Assembly: GCA_964016885.1 (NCBI GenBank)
Contig: OZ024743.1
Location: 24,800,001 to 24,864,000, forward strand
Reading direction: 5' to 3'
DNA: 64,000 bases
Origin: Eledone cirrhosa
Lineage: Eukaryota
Every line of letters starts with the position of its first letter. Position 1 is the first letter of the stretch. Shown one piece after another: positions 25,001 through 38,600 of this stretch. Under the pieces are notes generated by a model. That model did no database searches. It was not told the origin of the DNA and saw nothing but the letters and a program-made list of their open reading frames with translations. The position numbers were made by a program, and so were the translations under genes.

Positions 25001-26695
25001 TTGCTGTAGTTAACTGTGCTGACAGTTGGTTCTGTCCCTCCTCAGTCATCTCAACCTTGTTTGCTGTAGTTAACTGTGCTGACAGTTGGTTCTGTCCCTC
25101 CTCAGTCATCCCAACCTTGTTTGCTGTAGTTAACAGTGCTGACAGTTGGTTCTGTCCCTCCTCAGTCATCCCAACCTTGTTTGCTGTAGTTAACTGTGCT
25201 GACAGTTGGTTCTGTCCCTCCTCAGTCAGCCCAACCTTGTTTGCTGTAGTTAACAGTGCTGACAGTTGGTTCTGTCCCTCCTCAGTCATCTCAACCTTGT
25301 TTGCTGTAGTTAACTGTGCTGACAGTTGGTTCTGTCCCTCCTCAGTCATCTCAACCTTCTTTGCTGTAGTTAACTGTGCTAACAGTTTGTTCTGTCCCTC
25401 CTTAGTCATCCCAACCTTGTTTGCTGTAGTTAACTGTGCTGACAGTTGGTTCTGTCCCTCCTCAGTCATCCCAACCTTGTTTGCTGTAGTTAACAGTGCT
25501 GACAGTTGGTTCTGTCCCTCCTCAGTCATCCCAACCTTGTTTGCTGTAGTTAACTGTGCTGAGAGTTGGTTCTGTCCCTCCTCAGTCATCTCAATCATGT
25601 TTGCTGTAGTTAACAGTGCTGACAGTTGGTTCTGTCCCTCCTCAGTCATCCCAACCTTGTTTGCTGTAGTTAACTGTGCTGACAGTTGGTTCTGTCCCTC
25701 CTCGGTCATCCCAACCTTGTTTGCTGTAGTTAACAGTGCTGACAGTTGGTTCTGTCCCTCCTCAGTCATCTCAACCTTGTTTGCTGTAGTTAACTGTGCT
25801 GACAGTTGGTTCTGTCCCTCCTCAGTCATCCCAACCTTGTTTGCTGTAGTTAACAGTGCTGACAGTTGGTTCTGTCCCTCCTCAGTCATCCCAACCTTGT
25901 TTGCTGTAGTTAACAGTGCTGACAGTTGGTTCTGTCCCTCCTCAGTCATCCCAACCTTGTTTGCTGTAGTCAACAGTGCTGACAGTTGGTTCTGTCCCTC
26001 CTCAGTCATCCCAACCTTGTTTGCTGTAGTTAACTGTGCTGACAGTTGGTTCTGTCCCTCCTTAGTCATCCCAACCTTGTTTGCTGTAGTTAACAGTGCT
26101 GACAGTTGGTTCTGTCCCTCCTCAGTCATCTCAACCTTGTTTGCTGTAGTTAACTGTGCTGACAGTTGGTTCTGTCCCTCCTCAGTCATCCCAACCTTGT
26201 TTGCTGTAGTTAACAGTGCTGACAGTTGGTTCTGTCCCTCCGCAGTCATCCCAACCTTGTTTGCTGTAGTTAGCTGTGCTGACAGTTGGTTCTGTCCCTC
26301 CTCAGTCATCTCAACCTCCTTTGCTGTAGTTAACTGTGCTGACAGTTGGTTCTGTCCCTCCTCAGTCATCTCAACCTTGTTTGCTGTAGTTAACTGTGCT
26401 GACAGTTGGTTCTGTCCCTCCTCAGTCATCCCAACCTTGTTTGCTGTAGTTAAATGTGCTGACAGTTGGTTCTGTCCCTCCTCAGTCATCTCAACCTTGT
26501 TTGCTGTAGTTAACTGTGCTGACAGTTGGTTCTGTCCCTCCTCAGTCATCCCAACCTTGTTTGCTGTAGTTAACAGTGCTGACAGTTGGTTCTGTCCCTC
26601 CTCAGTCATCCCAACCTTGTTTGCTGTAGTTAACTGTGCTGACAGTTGGTTCTGTCCTTCCTCAGTCATCCCAACCATCTATTTCTGTAGTTAAC
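15356..26695. repeat. Type C 61-bp variant monomer (CCAACCATCTATTTCTG), 4 dispersed copies
   Basis: TTG is replaced by ATCT on the ATTTC/C24T background. Monomers start at 15356, 21475, 23395 and 26635, and each shifts the register by +1. Confidence 0.95.
16077..26634. repeat. Array domain II: almost purely alpha-type cassettes opened by type A monomers, mostly closed by type C
   Basis: The marker order A, C5T, ATACC, AATCATG, TCGG, CCGCA+TTAGC, TCCTTT, TAAAT, CAGCCC, TTCTTT, TAACAGTTTG recurs in cassettes starting at 16077, 19196, 21596 and 23516. Confidence 0.8.
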
Positions 26696-29600
26696 TGTGC
26701 TGACAGTTGGTTCTGTCCCTCCTCAGTCATCCCAACCTTGATTTCTGTAGTTAACTGTGCTGACAGTTGGTTCTGTCCCTCCTCAGTCATCTCAACCTTG
26801 TTTGCTGTAGTTAACTGTGCTGACAGTTGGTTCTGTCCCTCCTCAGTCATCCCAACCTTGTTTGCTGTAGTTAACAGTGCTGACAGTTGGTTCTGTCCTT
26901 CCTCAGTCACCCCAACCTTGATTTCTGTAGTTAACTGTGCTGACAGTTGGTTCTGTCCTTCCTCAGTCATCCCAACCTTGATTTCTGTAGTTAACTGTGC
27001 TGACAGTTGGTTCTGTCCCTCCTCAGTCATCCCAACCTTGATTTCTGTAGTTAACTGTGCTGACAGTTGGTTCTGTCCTTCCTCAGTCATCCCAACCTTG
27101 ATTTCTGTAGTTAACTGTGCTGACAGTTGGTTCTGTCCCTCCTCAGTCATCCCAACCTTGATTTCTGTAGTTAACTGTGCTGACAGTTGGTTCTGTCCTT
27201 CCTCAGTCATCCCAACCTTGATTTCTGTAGTTAACTGTGCTGACAGTTGGTTCTGTCCTTCCTCAGTCATCCCAACCTTGATTTCTGTAGTTAACAGTGC
27301 TGACAGTTGGTTCTGTCCCTCCTCAGTCATCCCAACCTTGATTTCTGTAGTTAACTGTGCTGACAGTTGGTTCTGTCCTTCCTCAGTCATCCCAACCTTG
27401 TTTGCTGTAGTTAACTGTTCTGACAGTTGGTTCTGTCCCTCCTCAGTCATCCCAACCTTGTTTGCTGTAGTTAACTGTTCTGACAGTTGGTTCTGTCCCT
27501 CCTCAGTCATCCCAACCTTGTTTGCTGTAGTTAACTCTGCTGACAGTTGGTTCTGTCCCTCCTCAGTCATCCCAACCTTGTTTGCTGTAGTTAACTGTGC
27601 TGACAGTTGGTTCTGTCCCTCCTCAGTCATTCCAACCTTGTTTGCTGTAGTTAACTGTGCTGACAGTTGGATCTGTCCTTCCTCAGTCATCCCAACCTTG
27701 TTTGCTGTAGTTAACTGTGCTGACAGTTGGTTCTGTCCCTCCTCAGTCATCCCAACCTTGTTTGCTGTAGTTAACTGTTCTGACAGTTGGTTCTGTCCTT
27801 CCTCAGTCATCCCAACCTTGTTTGCTGTAGTTAACTGTTCTGACAGTTGGTTCTGTCCCTCCTCTGTCATCCCAACCTTGTTTGCTGTAGTTAACTGTTC
27901 TGACAGTTGGTTCTGTCCCTCCTCAGTCATCCCAACCTTGTTTGCTGTAGTTAACTCTGCTGACAGTTGGTTCTGTCCCTCCTCAGTCATCCCAACCTTG
28001 TTTGCTGTAGTTAACTGTGCTGACAGTTGGTTCTGTCCCTCCTCAGTCATCCCAACCTTGTTTGCTGTAGTTAACTGTGCTGACAGTTGGTTCTGTCCTT
28101 CCTCAGTCATCCCAACCTTGTTTGCTGTAGTTAACTGTGCTGACAGTTGGTTCTGTCCCTCCTCAGTCATCCCAACCTTGTTTGCTGTAGTTAACTGTTC
28201 TGACAGTTGGTTCTGTCCCTCCTCTGTCATCCCAACCTTGTTTGCTGTAGTTAACTGTTCTGACAGTTGGTTCTGTCCCTCCTCAGTCATCCCAACCTTG
28301 TTTGCTGTAGTTAACTCTGCTGACAGTTGGTTCTGTCCCTCCTCAGTCATCCCAACCTTGTTTGCTGTAGTTAACTGTGCTGACAGTTGGTTCTGTCCCT
28401 CCTCAGTCATCCCAACCTTGTTTGCTGTAGTTAACTGTGCTGACAGTTGGTTCTGTCCTTCCTCAGTCATCCCAACCTTGTTTGCTGTAGTTAACTGTTC
28501 TGACAGTTGGTTCTGTCCCTCCTCAGTCATCCCAACCTTGTTTGCTGTAGTTAACTGTGCTGACAGTTGGTTCTGTCCCTCCTCAGTCATCCCAACCTTG
28601 TTTGCTGTAGTTAACTGTGCTGACAGTTGGTTCTGTCCCTCCTCAGTCATCCCAACCTTGTTTGCTGTAGTTAACAGTGCTGACAGTTGGTTCTATCCCT
28701 CCTCAGTCATCCCACCTTGTTTGCTGTAGTTAACAGTGCTGACAGTTGGTTCTGTCCCTCCTCAGTCATCCCAACCTTGTTTGCTGTAGTTAACTGTGCT
28801 GACAGTTGGTTCTGTCCCTCCTCAGTCATCCCAACCTTGTTTGCTGTAGTTAACTGTGCTGACAGTTGGTTCTGTCCCTCCTCTGTCATCCCAACCTTGT
28901 TTGCTGTAGTTAACAGTGCTGACAGTTGGTTCTGTCCCTCCTCAGTCATCTCAACCTTGTTTGCTGTAGTTAACTGTGCTGACAGTTGGTTCTGTCCCTC
29001 CTCAGTCATCTCAACCTTGTTTGCTGTAGTTAACAGTGCTGACAGTTGGTTCTGTCCCTCCTCAGTCATCCCAACCTTGTTTGCTGTAGTTAACTGTGCT
29101 GACAGTTGGTTCTGTCCCTCCTCGGTCATCTCAACCTTGTTTGCTGTAGTTAACAGTGCTGACAGTTGGTTCTGTCCCTCCTCAGTCATCTCAACCTTGT
29201 TTGCTGTAGTTAACTGTGCGGACAGTTGGTTCTGTCCCTCCTCAGTCATGCCAACCTTGTTTGCTGTATTTAACAGTGCTGACAGTTGGTTCTGTCCCTC
29301 CTCAGTCATCCCAACCTTGTTTGCTGTAGTTAACAGTGCTGACAGTTGGTTCTGTCCCTCCTCAGTCATCCCAACCTTGTTTGCTTTAGTTAACTGTGCT
29401 GACAGTTGGTTCTGTCCCTCCTCAGTCATCTCAACCTTGTTTGCTGTAGTTAACTGTGCTGACAGTTGGTTCTGTCCCTCCTCAGTCATCCCAACCTTGT
29501 TTGCTGTAGTTAAATGTGCTGACAGTTGGTTCTGTCCCTCCTCAGTCATCTCAACCTTGTTTGCTGTAGTTAACTGTGCTGACAGTTGGTTCTGTCCCTC

Positions 29601-32600
29601 CTCAGTCATCCCAACCTTGTTTGCTGTAGTTAACAGTGCTGACAGTTGGTTCTGTCCCTCCTCAGTCATCTCAACCTTGTTTGCTGTAGTTAACTGTGCT
29701 GACAGTTGGTTCTGTCCCTCCTCAGTCATCCCAACCTTGTTTGCTGTAGTTAACTGTGCTGACAGTTGGTTCTGTCCCTCCTCAGTCATCTCAACCTTGT
29801 TTGCTGTAGTTAACTGTGCTGACAGTTGGTTCTGTCCCTCCTCAGTCATCCCAACCTTGTTTGCTGTAGTTAACTGTGCTGACAGTTGGTTCTGTCCCTC
29901 CTCAGTCATCTCAATCTTGTTTGCTGTAGTTAACTGGGCTGACAGTTGGTTCTGTCCCTCCTCAGTCATCCCAACCTTGATTTCTGTAGTTAACAGTTCT
30001 GACAGTTGGTTCTGTCCTTCCTCAGTCATCCCAACCTTGATTTCTGTAGTTAACAGTGCTGACAGTTGGTTCTGTCCCTCCTCAGTCATCTCAACCTTGT
30101 TTGCTGTAGTTAACTGTGCTGACAGTTGGTTCTGTCCCTCCTCAGTCATCCCAACCTTGTTTGCTGTAGTTAACAGTGCTGACAGTTGGTTCTGTCCCTC
30201 CTCAGTCATCTCAACCTTGTTTGCTGTAGTTAACTGTGCTGACAGTTGGTTCTGTCCCTCCTCAGTCATCCCAACCTTGATTTCTGTAGTTAACAGTTCT
30301 GACAGTTGGTTCTGTCCTTCCTCAGTCATCCCAACCTTGATTTCTGTAGTTAACTGTGCTGACAGTTGGTTCTGTCCTTCCTCAGTCATCCCAAACTTGA
30401 TTTCTGTAGTTAACTGTGCTGACAGTTGGTTCTGTCCTTCCTCAGTCATCCCAACCTTGATTTCTGTAGTTAACAGTGCTGACAGTTGGTTCTGTCCCTC
30501 CTCAGTCATCCCAACCTTGATTTCTGTAGTTAACTGTGCTGACAGTTGGTTCTGTCCTTCCTCAGTCATCCCAACCTTGTTTGCTGTAGTTAACTGTTCT
30601 GACAGTTGGTTCTGTCCCTCCTCAGTCATCCCAACCTTGTTTGCTGTAGTTAACTGTTCTGACAGTTGGTTCTGTCCCTCCTCAGTCATCCCAACCTTGT
30701 TTGCTGTAGTTAACTCTGCTGACAGTTGGTTCTGTCCCTCCTCAGTCATCCCAACCTTGTTTGCTGTAGTTAACTGTGCTGACAGTTGGTTCTGTCCCTC
30801 CTCAGTCATTCCAACCTTGTTTGCTGTAGTTAACTGTGCTGACAGTTGGATCTGTCCTTCCTCAGTCATCCCAACCTTGTTTGCTGTAGTTAACTGTGCT
30901 GACAGTTGGTTCTGTCCCTCCTCAGTCATCCCAACCTTGTTTGCTGTAGTTAACTGTTCTGACAGTTGGTTCTGTCCTTCCTCAGTCATCCCAACCTTGT
31001 TTGCTGTAGTTAACTGTTCTGACAGTTGGTTCTGTCCCTCCTCTGTCATCCCAACCTTGTTTGCTGTAGTTAACTGTTCTGACAGTTGGTTCTGTCCCTC
31101 CTCAGTCATCCCAACCTTGTTTGCTGTAGTTAACTCTGCTGACAGTTGGTTCTGTCCCTCCTCAGTCATCCCAACCTTGTTTGCTGTAGTTAACTGTGCT
31201 GACAGTTGGTTCTGTCCCTCCTCAGTCATCCCAACCTTGTTTGCTGTAGTTAACTGTGCTGACAGTTGGTTCTGTCCTTCCTCAGTCATCCCAACCTTGT
31301 TTGCTGTAGTTAACTGTGCTGACAGTTGGTTCTGTCCCTCCTCAGTCATCCCAACCTTGTTTGCTGTAGTTAACTGTTCTGACAGTTGGTTCTGTCCCTC
31401 CTCTGTCATCCCAACCTTGTTTGCTGTAGTTAACTGTTCTGACAGTTGGTTCTGTCCCTCCTCAGTCATCCCAACCTTGTTTGCTGTAGTTAACTCTGCT
31501 GACAGTTGGTTCTGTCCCTCCTCAGTCATCCCAACCTTGTTTGCTGTATTTAACTGTGCTGACAGTTGGTTCTGTCCCTCCTCAGTCATCCCAACCTTGT
31601 TTGCTGTAGTTAACTGTGCTGACAGTTGGTTCTGTCCTTCCTCAGTCATCCCAACCTTGTTTGCTGTAGTTAACTGTGCTGACAGTTGGTTCTGTCCCTC
31701 CTCAGTCATCCCAACCTTGTTTGCTGTAGTTAACTGTTCTGACAGTTGGTTCTGTCCCTCCTCAGTCATCCCAACCTTGTTTGCTGTAGTTAACTGTGCT
31801 GACAGTTGGTTCTGTCCCTCCTCAGTCATCCCAACCTTGTTTGCTGTAGTTAACTGTGCTGACAGTTGGTTCTGTCCCTCCTCAGTCATCCCAACCTTGT
31901 TTGCTGTAGTTAACAGTGCTGACAGTTGGTTCTATCCCTCCTCAGTCATCCCACCTTGTTTGCTGTAGTTAACAGTGCTGACAGTTGGTTCTGTCCCTCC
32001 TCAGTCATCCCAACCTTGTTTGCTGTAGTTAACTGTGCTGACAGTTGGTTCTGTCCCTCCTCAGTCATCCCAACCTTGTTTGCTGTAGTTAACTGTGCTG
32101 ACAGTTGGTTCTGTCCCTCCTCTGTCATCCCAACCTTGTTTGCTGTAGTTAACAGTGCTGACAGTTGGTTCTGTCCCTCCTCAGTCATCTCAACCTTGTT
32201 TGCTGTAGTTAACTGTGCTGACAGTTGGTTCTGTCCCTCCTCAGTCATCTCAACCTTGTTTGCTGTAGTTAACAGTGCTGACAGTTGGTTCTGTCCCTCC
32301 TCAGTCATCCCAACCTTGTTTGCTGTAGTTAACTGTGCTGACAGTTGGTTCTGTCCCTCCTCGGTCATCTCAACCTTGTTTGCTGTAGTTAACAGTGCTG
32401 ACAGTTGGTTCTGTCCCTCCTCAGTCATCTCAACCTTGTTTGCTGTAGTTAACTGTGCGGACAGTTGGTTCTGTCCCTCCTCAGTCATGCCAACCTTGTT
32501 TGCTGTATTTAACAGTGCTGACAGTTGGTTCTGTCCCTCCTCAGTCATCCCAACCTTGTTTGCTGTAGTTAACAGTGCTGACAGTTGGTTCTGTCCCTCC

Positions 32601-35600
32601 TCAGTCATCCCAACCTTGTTTGCTTTAGTTAACTGTGCTGACAGTTGGTTCTGTCCCTCCTCAGTCATCTCAACCTTGTTTGCTGTAGTTAACTGTGCTG
32701 ACAGTTGGTTCTGTCCCTCCTCAGTCATCCCAACCTTGTTTGCTGTAGTTAAATGTGCTGACAGTTGGTTCTGTCCCTCCTCAGTCATCTCAACCTTGTT
32801 TGCTGTAGTTAACTGTGCTGACAGTTGGTTCTGTCCCTCCTCAGTCATCCCAACCTTGTTTGCTGTAGTTAACAGTGCTGACAGTTGGTTCTGTCCCTCC
32901 TCAGTCATCTCAACCTTGTTTGCTGTAGTTAACTGTGCTGACAGTTGGTTCTGTCGCTCCTCAGTCATCCCAACCTTGTTTGCTGTAGTTAACTGTGCTG
33001 ACAGTTGGTTCTGTCCCTCCTCAGTCATCTCAATCTTGTTTGCTGTAGTTAACTGGGCTGACAGTTGGTTCTGTCCCTCCTCAGTCATCCCAACCTTGAT
33101 TTCTGTAGTTAACAGTTCTGACAGTTGGTTCTGTCCTTCCTCAGTCATCCCAACCTTGATTTCTGTAGTTAACTGTGCTGACAGTTGGTTCTGTCCTTCC
33201 TCAGTCATCCCAACCTTGATTTCTGTAGTTAACTGTGCTGACAGTTGGTTCTGTCCCTCCTCAGTCATCTCAATCTTGTTTGCTGTAGTTAACTGTGCTG
33301 ACAGTTGGTTCTGTCCTTCCTCAGTCATCCCAACCTTGATTTCTGTAGTTAACTGTGCTGACAGTTGGTTCTGTCCTTCCTCAGTCATCCCAACCTTGAT
33401 TTCTGTAGTTAACTGTGCTGACAGTTGGTTCTGTCCCTCCTCAGTCATCCCAACCTTGATTTCTGTAGTTAACTGTTCTGACAGTTGGTTCTGTCCTTCC
33501 TCAGTCATCCCAACCTTGATTTCTGTAGTTAACTGTGCTGACAGTTGGTTCTGTCCCTCCTCAGTCATCCCAACCTTGATTTCTGTAGTTAACTGTGCTG
33601 ACAGTTGGTTCTGTCCTTCCTCAGTCATCCCAACCTTGATTTCTGTAGTTAACAGTGCTGACAGTTGGTTCTGTCCCTCCTCAGTCATCCCAACCTTGAT
33701 TTCTGTAGTTAACTGTGCTGACAGTTGGTTCTGTCTCTCCTCAGTCGTCCCAACCTTGTTTGCTGTAGTTAACTGTGCTGACAGTTGGTTCTGTCCTTCC
33801 TCAGTCATCCCAACCTTGTTTGCTGTAGTTAACTGTTCTGACAGTTGGTTCTGTCCCTCCTCAGTCATCCCAACCTTGTTTGCTGTAGTTAACTGTTCTG
33901 ACAGTTGGTTCTGTCCCTCCTCAGTCATCCCAACCTTGTTTGCTGTAGTTAACTCTGCTGACAGTTGGTTCTGTCACTCCTCAGTCATCCCAACCTTGTT
34001 TGCTGTAGTTAACTGTGCTGACAGTTGGTTCTGTCCCTCCTCAGTCATTCCAACCTTGTTTGCTGTAGTTAACTGTGCTGACAGTTGGTTCTGTCCTTCC
34101 TCAGTCATCCCAACCTTGTTTGCTGTAGTTAACTGTGCTGACAGTTGGTTCTGTCCCTCCTCAGTCATCCCAACCTTGTTTGCTGTAGTTAACTGTTCTG
34201 ACAGTTGGTTCTGTCCTTCCTCAGTCATCCCAACCTTGTTTGCTGTAGTTAACTGTTCTGACAGTTGGTTCTGTCCCTCCTCTGTCATCCCAACCTTGTT
34301 TGCTGTAGTTAACTGTTCTGACAGTTGGTTCTGTCCCTCCTCAGTCATCCCAACCTTGTTTGCTGTAGTTAACTCTGCTGACAGTTGGTTCTGTCCCTCC
34401 TCAGTCATCCCAACCTTGTTTGCTGTAGTTAACTGTACTGACAGTTGGTTCTGTCCCTCCTCAGTCATCCCAACCTTGTTTGCTGTAGTTAACTGTGCTG
34501 ACAGTTGGTTCTGTCCTTCCTCAGTCATCCCAACCTTGTTTGCTGTAGTTAACTGTGCTGACAGTTGGTTCTGTCCCTCCTCAGTCATCCCAACCTTGTT
34601 TGCTGTAGTTAACTGTTCTGACAGTTGGTTCTGTCCCTCCTCAGTCATCCCAACCTTGTTTGCTGTAGTTAACTGTGCTGACAGTTGGTTCTGTCCCTCC
34701 TCAGTCATCCCAACCTTGTTTGCTGTAGTTAACTGTGCTGACAGTTGGTTCTGTCCCTCCTCAGTCATCCCAACCTTGTTTGCTGTAGTTAACAGTGCTG
34801 ACAGTTGGTTCTATCCCTCCTCAGTCATCCCACCTTGTTTGCTCTAGTTAACAGTGCTGACAGTTGGTTCTGTCCCTCCTCAGTCATCCCAACCTTGTTT
34901 GCTGTAGTTAACTGTGCTGACAGTTGGTTCTGTCCCTCCTCAGTCATCCCAACCTTGTTTGCTGTAGTTAACTGTGCTGACAGTTGGTTCTGTCCCTCCT
35001 CTGTCATCCCAACCTTGTTTGCTGTAGTTAACAGTGCTGACAGTTGGTTCTGTCCCTCCTCAGTCATCTCAACCTTGTTTGCTGTAGTTAACTGTGCTGA
35101 CAGTTGGTTCTGTCCCTCCTCAGTCATCTCAACCTTGTTTGCTGTAGTTAACAGTGCTGACAGTTGGTTCTGTCCCTCCTCAGTCATCCCAACCTTGTTT
35201 GCTGTAGTTAACTGTGCTGACAGTTGGTTCTGTCCCTCCTCGGTCATCTCAACCTTGTTTGCTGTAGTTAACAGTGCTGACAGTTGGTTCTGTCCCTCCT
35301 CAGTCATCTCAACCTTGTTTGCTGTAGTTAACTGTGCGGACAGTTGGTTCTGTCCCTCCTCAGTCATCCCAACCTTGTTTGCTGTATTTAACAGTGCTGA
35401 CAGTTGGTTCTGTCCTTCCTCAGTCATCCCAACCTTGTTTGCTGTAGTTAACTGTGCTGACAGTTGGTTCTGTCCCTCCTCAGTCATCCCAACCTTGTTT
35501 GCTGTAGTTAACTGTTCTGACAGTTGGTTCTGTCCTTCCTCAGTCATCCCAACCTTGTTTGCTGTAGTTAACTGTGCTGACAGTTGGTTCTGTCCCTCCT

Positions 35601-38600
35601 CAGTCATCCCAACCTTGTTTGCTGTAGTTAACTGTTCTGACAGTTGGTTCTGTCCCTCCTCAGTCATCCCAACCTTGTTTGCTGTAGTTAACTGTTCTGA
35701 CAGTTGGTTCTGTCCCTCCTCAGTCATCCCAACCTTGTTTGCTGTAGTTAACTCTGCTGACAGTTGGTTCTGTCCCTCCTCAGTCATCCCAACCTTGTTT
35801 GCTGTAGTTAACTGTTCTGACAGTTGGTTCTGTCCCTCCTCAGTCATTCCAACCTTGTTTGCTATAGTTAACTGTGCTGACAGTTGGTTCTGTCCTTCCT
35901 CAGTCATCCCAACCTTGTTTGCTGTAGTTAACTGTTCTGACAGTTGGTTCTGTCCTTCCTCAGTCATCCCAACCTTGTTTGCTGTAGTTAACTGTTCTGA
36001 CAGTTGGTTCTGTCCCTCCTCTGTCATCCCAACCTTGTTTGCTGTAGTTAACTGTTCTGACAGTTGGTTCTGTCCCTCCTCAGTCATCCCAACCTTGTTT
36101 GCTGTAGTTAACTCTGCTGACAGTTGGTTCTGTCCCTCCTCAGTCATCCCAACCTTGTTTGCTGTAGTTAACTGTTCTGACAGTTGGTTCTGTCCTTCCT
36201 CAGTCATCCCAACCTTGTTTGCTGTAGTTAACTGTTCTGACAGTTGGTTCTGTCCCTCCTCTGTCATCCCAACCTTGTTTGCTGTAGTTAACTGTTCTGA
36301 CAGTTGGTTCTGTCCCTCCTCAGTCATCCCAACCTTGTTTGCTGTAGTTAACTCTGCTGACAGTTGGTTCTGTCCCTCCTCAGTCATCCCAACCTTGTTT
36401 GCTGTAGTTAACTGTGCTGACAGTTGGTTCTGTCCCTCCTCAGTCATCCCAACCTTGTTTGCTGTAGTTAACTGTGCTGACAGTTGGTTCTGTCCCTCCT
36501 CAGTCATCCCAACCTTGTTTGCTGTAGTTAACTGTTCTGACAGTTGGTTCTGTCCCTCCTCAGTCATCCCAACCTTGTTTGCTGTAGTTAACTGTGCTGA
36601 CAGTTGGTTCTGTCCCTCCTCAGTCATCCCAACCTTGTTTGCTGTAGTTAACTGTGCTGACAGCTGGTTCTGTCCCTCCTCAGTCATCCCAACCTTGTTT
36701 GCTGTAGTTAACAGTGCTGACAGTTGGTTCTATCCCTCCTCAGTCATCCCACCTTGTTTGCTGTAGTTAACAGTGCTGACAGTTGGTTCTGTCCCTCCTC
36801 AGTCATCCCAACCTTGTTTGCTGTAGTTAACTGTGCTGACAGTTGGTTCTGTCCCTCCTCAGTCATCCCAACCTTGTTTGCTGTAGTTAACTGTGCTGAC
36901 AGTTGGTTCTGTCCCTCCTCTGTCATCCCAACCTTGTTTGCTGTAGTTAACAGTGCTGACAGTTGGTTCTGTCCCTCCTCAGTCATCTCAACCTTGTTTG
37001 CTGTAGTTAACTGTGCTGACAGTTGGTTCTGTCCTTCCTCAGTCATCCCAACCTTGATTTCTGTAGTTAACTGTGCTGACAGTTGGTTCTGTCCCTCCTC
37101 AGTCATCCCAACCTTGATTTCTGTAGTTAACTGTGCTGACAGTTGGTTCTGTCCTTCCTCAGTCATCCCAACCTTGATTTCTGTAGTTAACTGTGCTGAC
37201 AGTTGGTTCTGTCCTTCCTCAGTCATCCCAACCTTGATTTCTGTAGTTAACAGTGCTGACAGTTGGTTCTGTCCCTCCTCAGTCATCCCAACCTTGATTT
37301 CTGTAGTTAACTGTGCTGACAGTTGGTTCTGTCTCTCCTCAGTCGTCCCAACCTTGTTTGCTGTAGTTAACTGTGCTGACAGTTGGTTCTGTCCTTCCTC
37401 AGTCATCCCAACCTTGTTTGCTGTAGTTAACTGTTCTGACAGTTGGTTCTGTCCCTCCTCAGTCATCCCAACCTTGTTTGCTGTAGTTAACTGTTCTGAC
37501 AGTTGGTTCTGTCCCTCCTCAGTCATCCCAACCTTGTTTGCTGTAGTTAACTCTGCTGACAGTTGGTTCTGTCCCTCCTCAGTCATCTCAACCTTGTTTG
37601 CTGTAGTTAACTGTGCTGACAGTTGGTTCTGTCCCTCCTCAGTCATCCCAACCTTGTTTGCTGTAGTTAACTGTGCTGACAGTTGGTTCTGTCCCTCCTC
37701 AGTCATTCCAACCTTGTTTGCTGTAGTTAACTGTGCTGACAGTTGGTTCTGTCCTTCCTCAGTCATCCCAACCTTGTTTGCTGTAGTTAACTGTGCTGAC
37801 AGTTGGTTCTGTCCCTCCTCAGTCATCCCAACCTTGTTTGCTGTAGTTAACTGTTCTGACAGTTGGTTCTGTCCTTCCTCAGTCATCCCAACCTTGTTTG
37901 CTGTAGTTAACTGTGCTGACAGTTGGTTCTGTCCCTCCTCAGTCATCCCAACCTTGTTTGCTGTAGTTAACTGTTCTGACAGTTGGTTCTGTCCCTCCTC
38001 AGTCATCCCAACCTTGTTTGCTGTAGTTAACTGTTCTGACAGTTGGTTCTGTCCCTCCTCAGTCATCCCAACCTTGTTTGCTGTAGTTAACTCTGCTGAC
38101 AGTTGGTTCTGTCCCTCCTCAGTCATCCCAACCTTGTTTGCTGTAGTTAACTGTGCTGACAGTTGGTTCTGTCCCTCCTCAGTCATTCCAACCTTGTTTG
38201 CTGTAGTTAACTGTGCTGACAGTTGGTTCTGTCCTTCCTCAGTCATCCCAACCTTGTTTGCTGTAGTTAACTGTTCTGACAGTTGGTTCTGTCCTTCCTC
38301 AGTCATCCCAACCTTGTTTGCTGTAGTTAACTGTTCTGACAGTTGGTTCTGTCCCTCCTCTGTCATCCCAACCTTGTTTGCTGTAGTTAACTGTTCTGAC
38401 AGTTGGTTCTGTCCCTCCTCAGTCATCCCAACCTTGTTTGCTGTAGTTAACTCTGCTGACAGTTGGTTCTGTCCCTCCTCAGTCATCCCAACCTTGTTTG
38501 CTGTAGTTAACTGTGCTGACAGTTGGTTCTGTCCCTCCTCAGTCATCCCAACCTTGTTTGCTGTAGTTAACTGTGCTGACAGTTGGTTCTGTCCCTCCTC

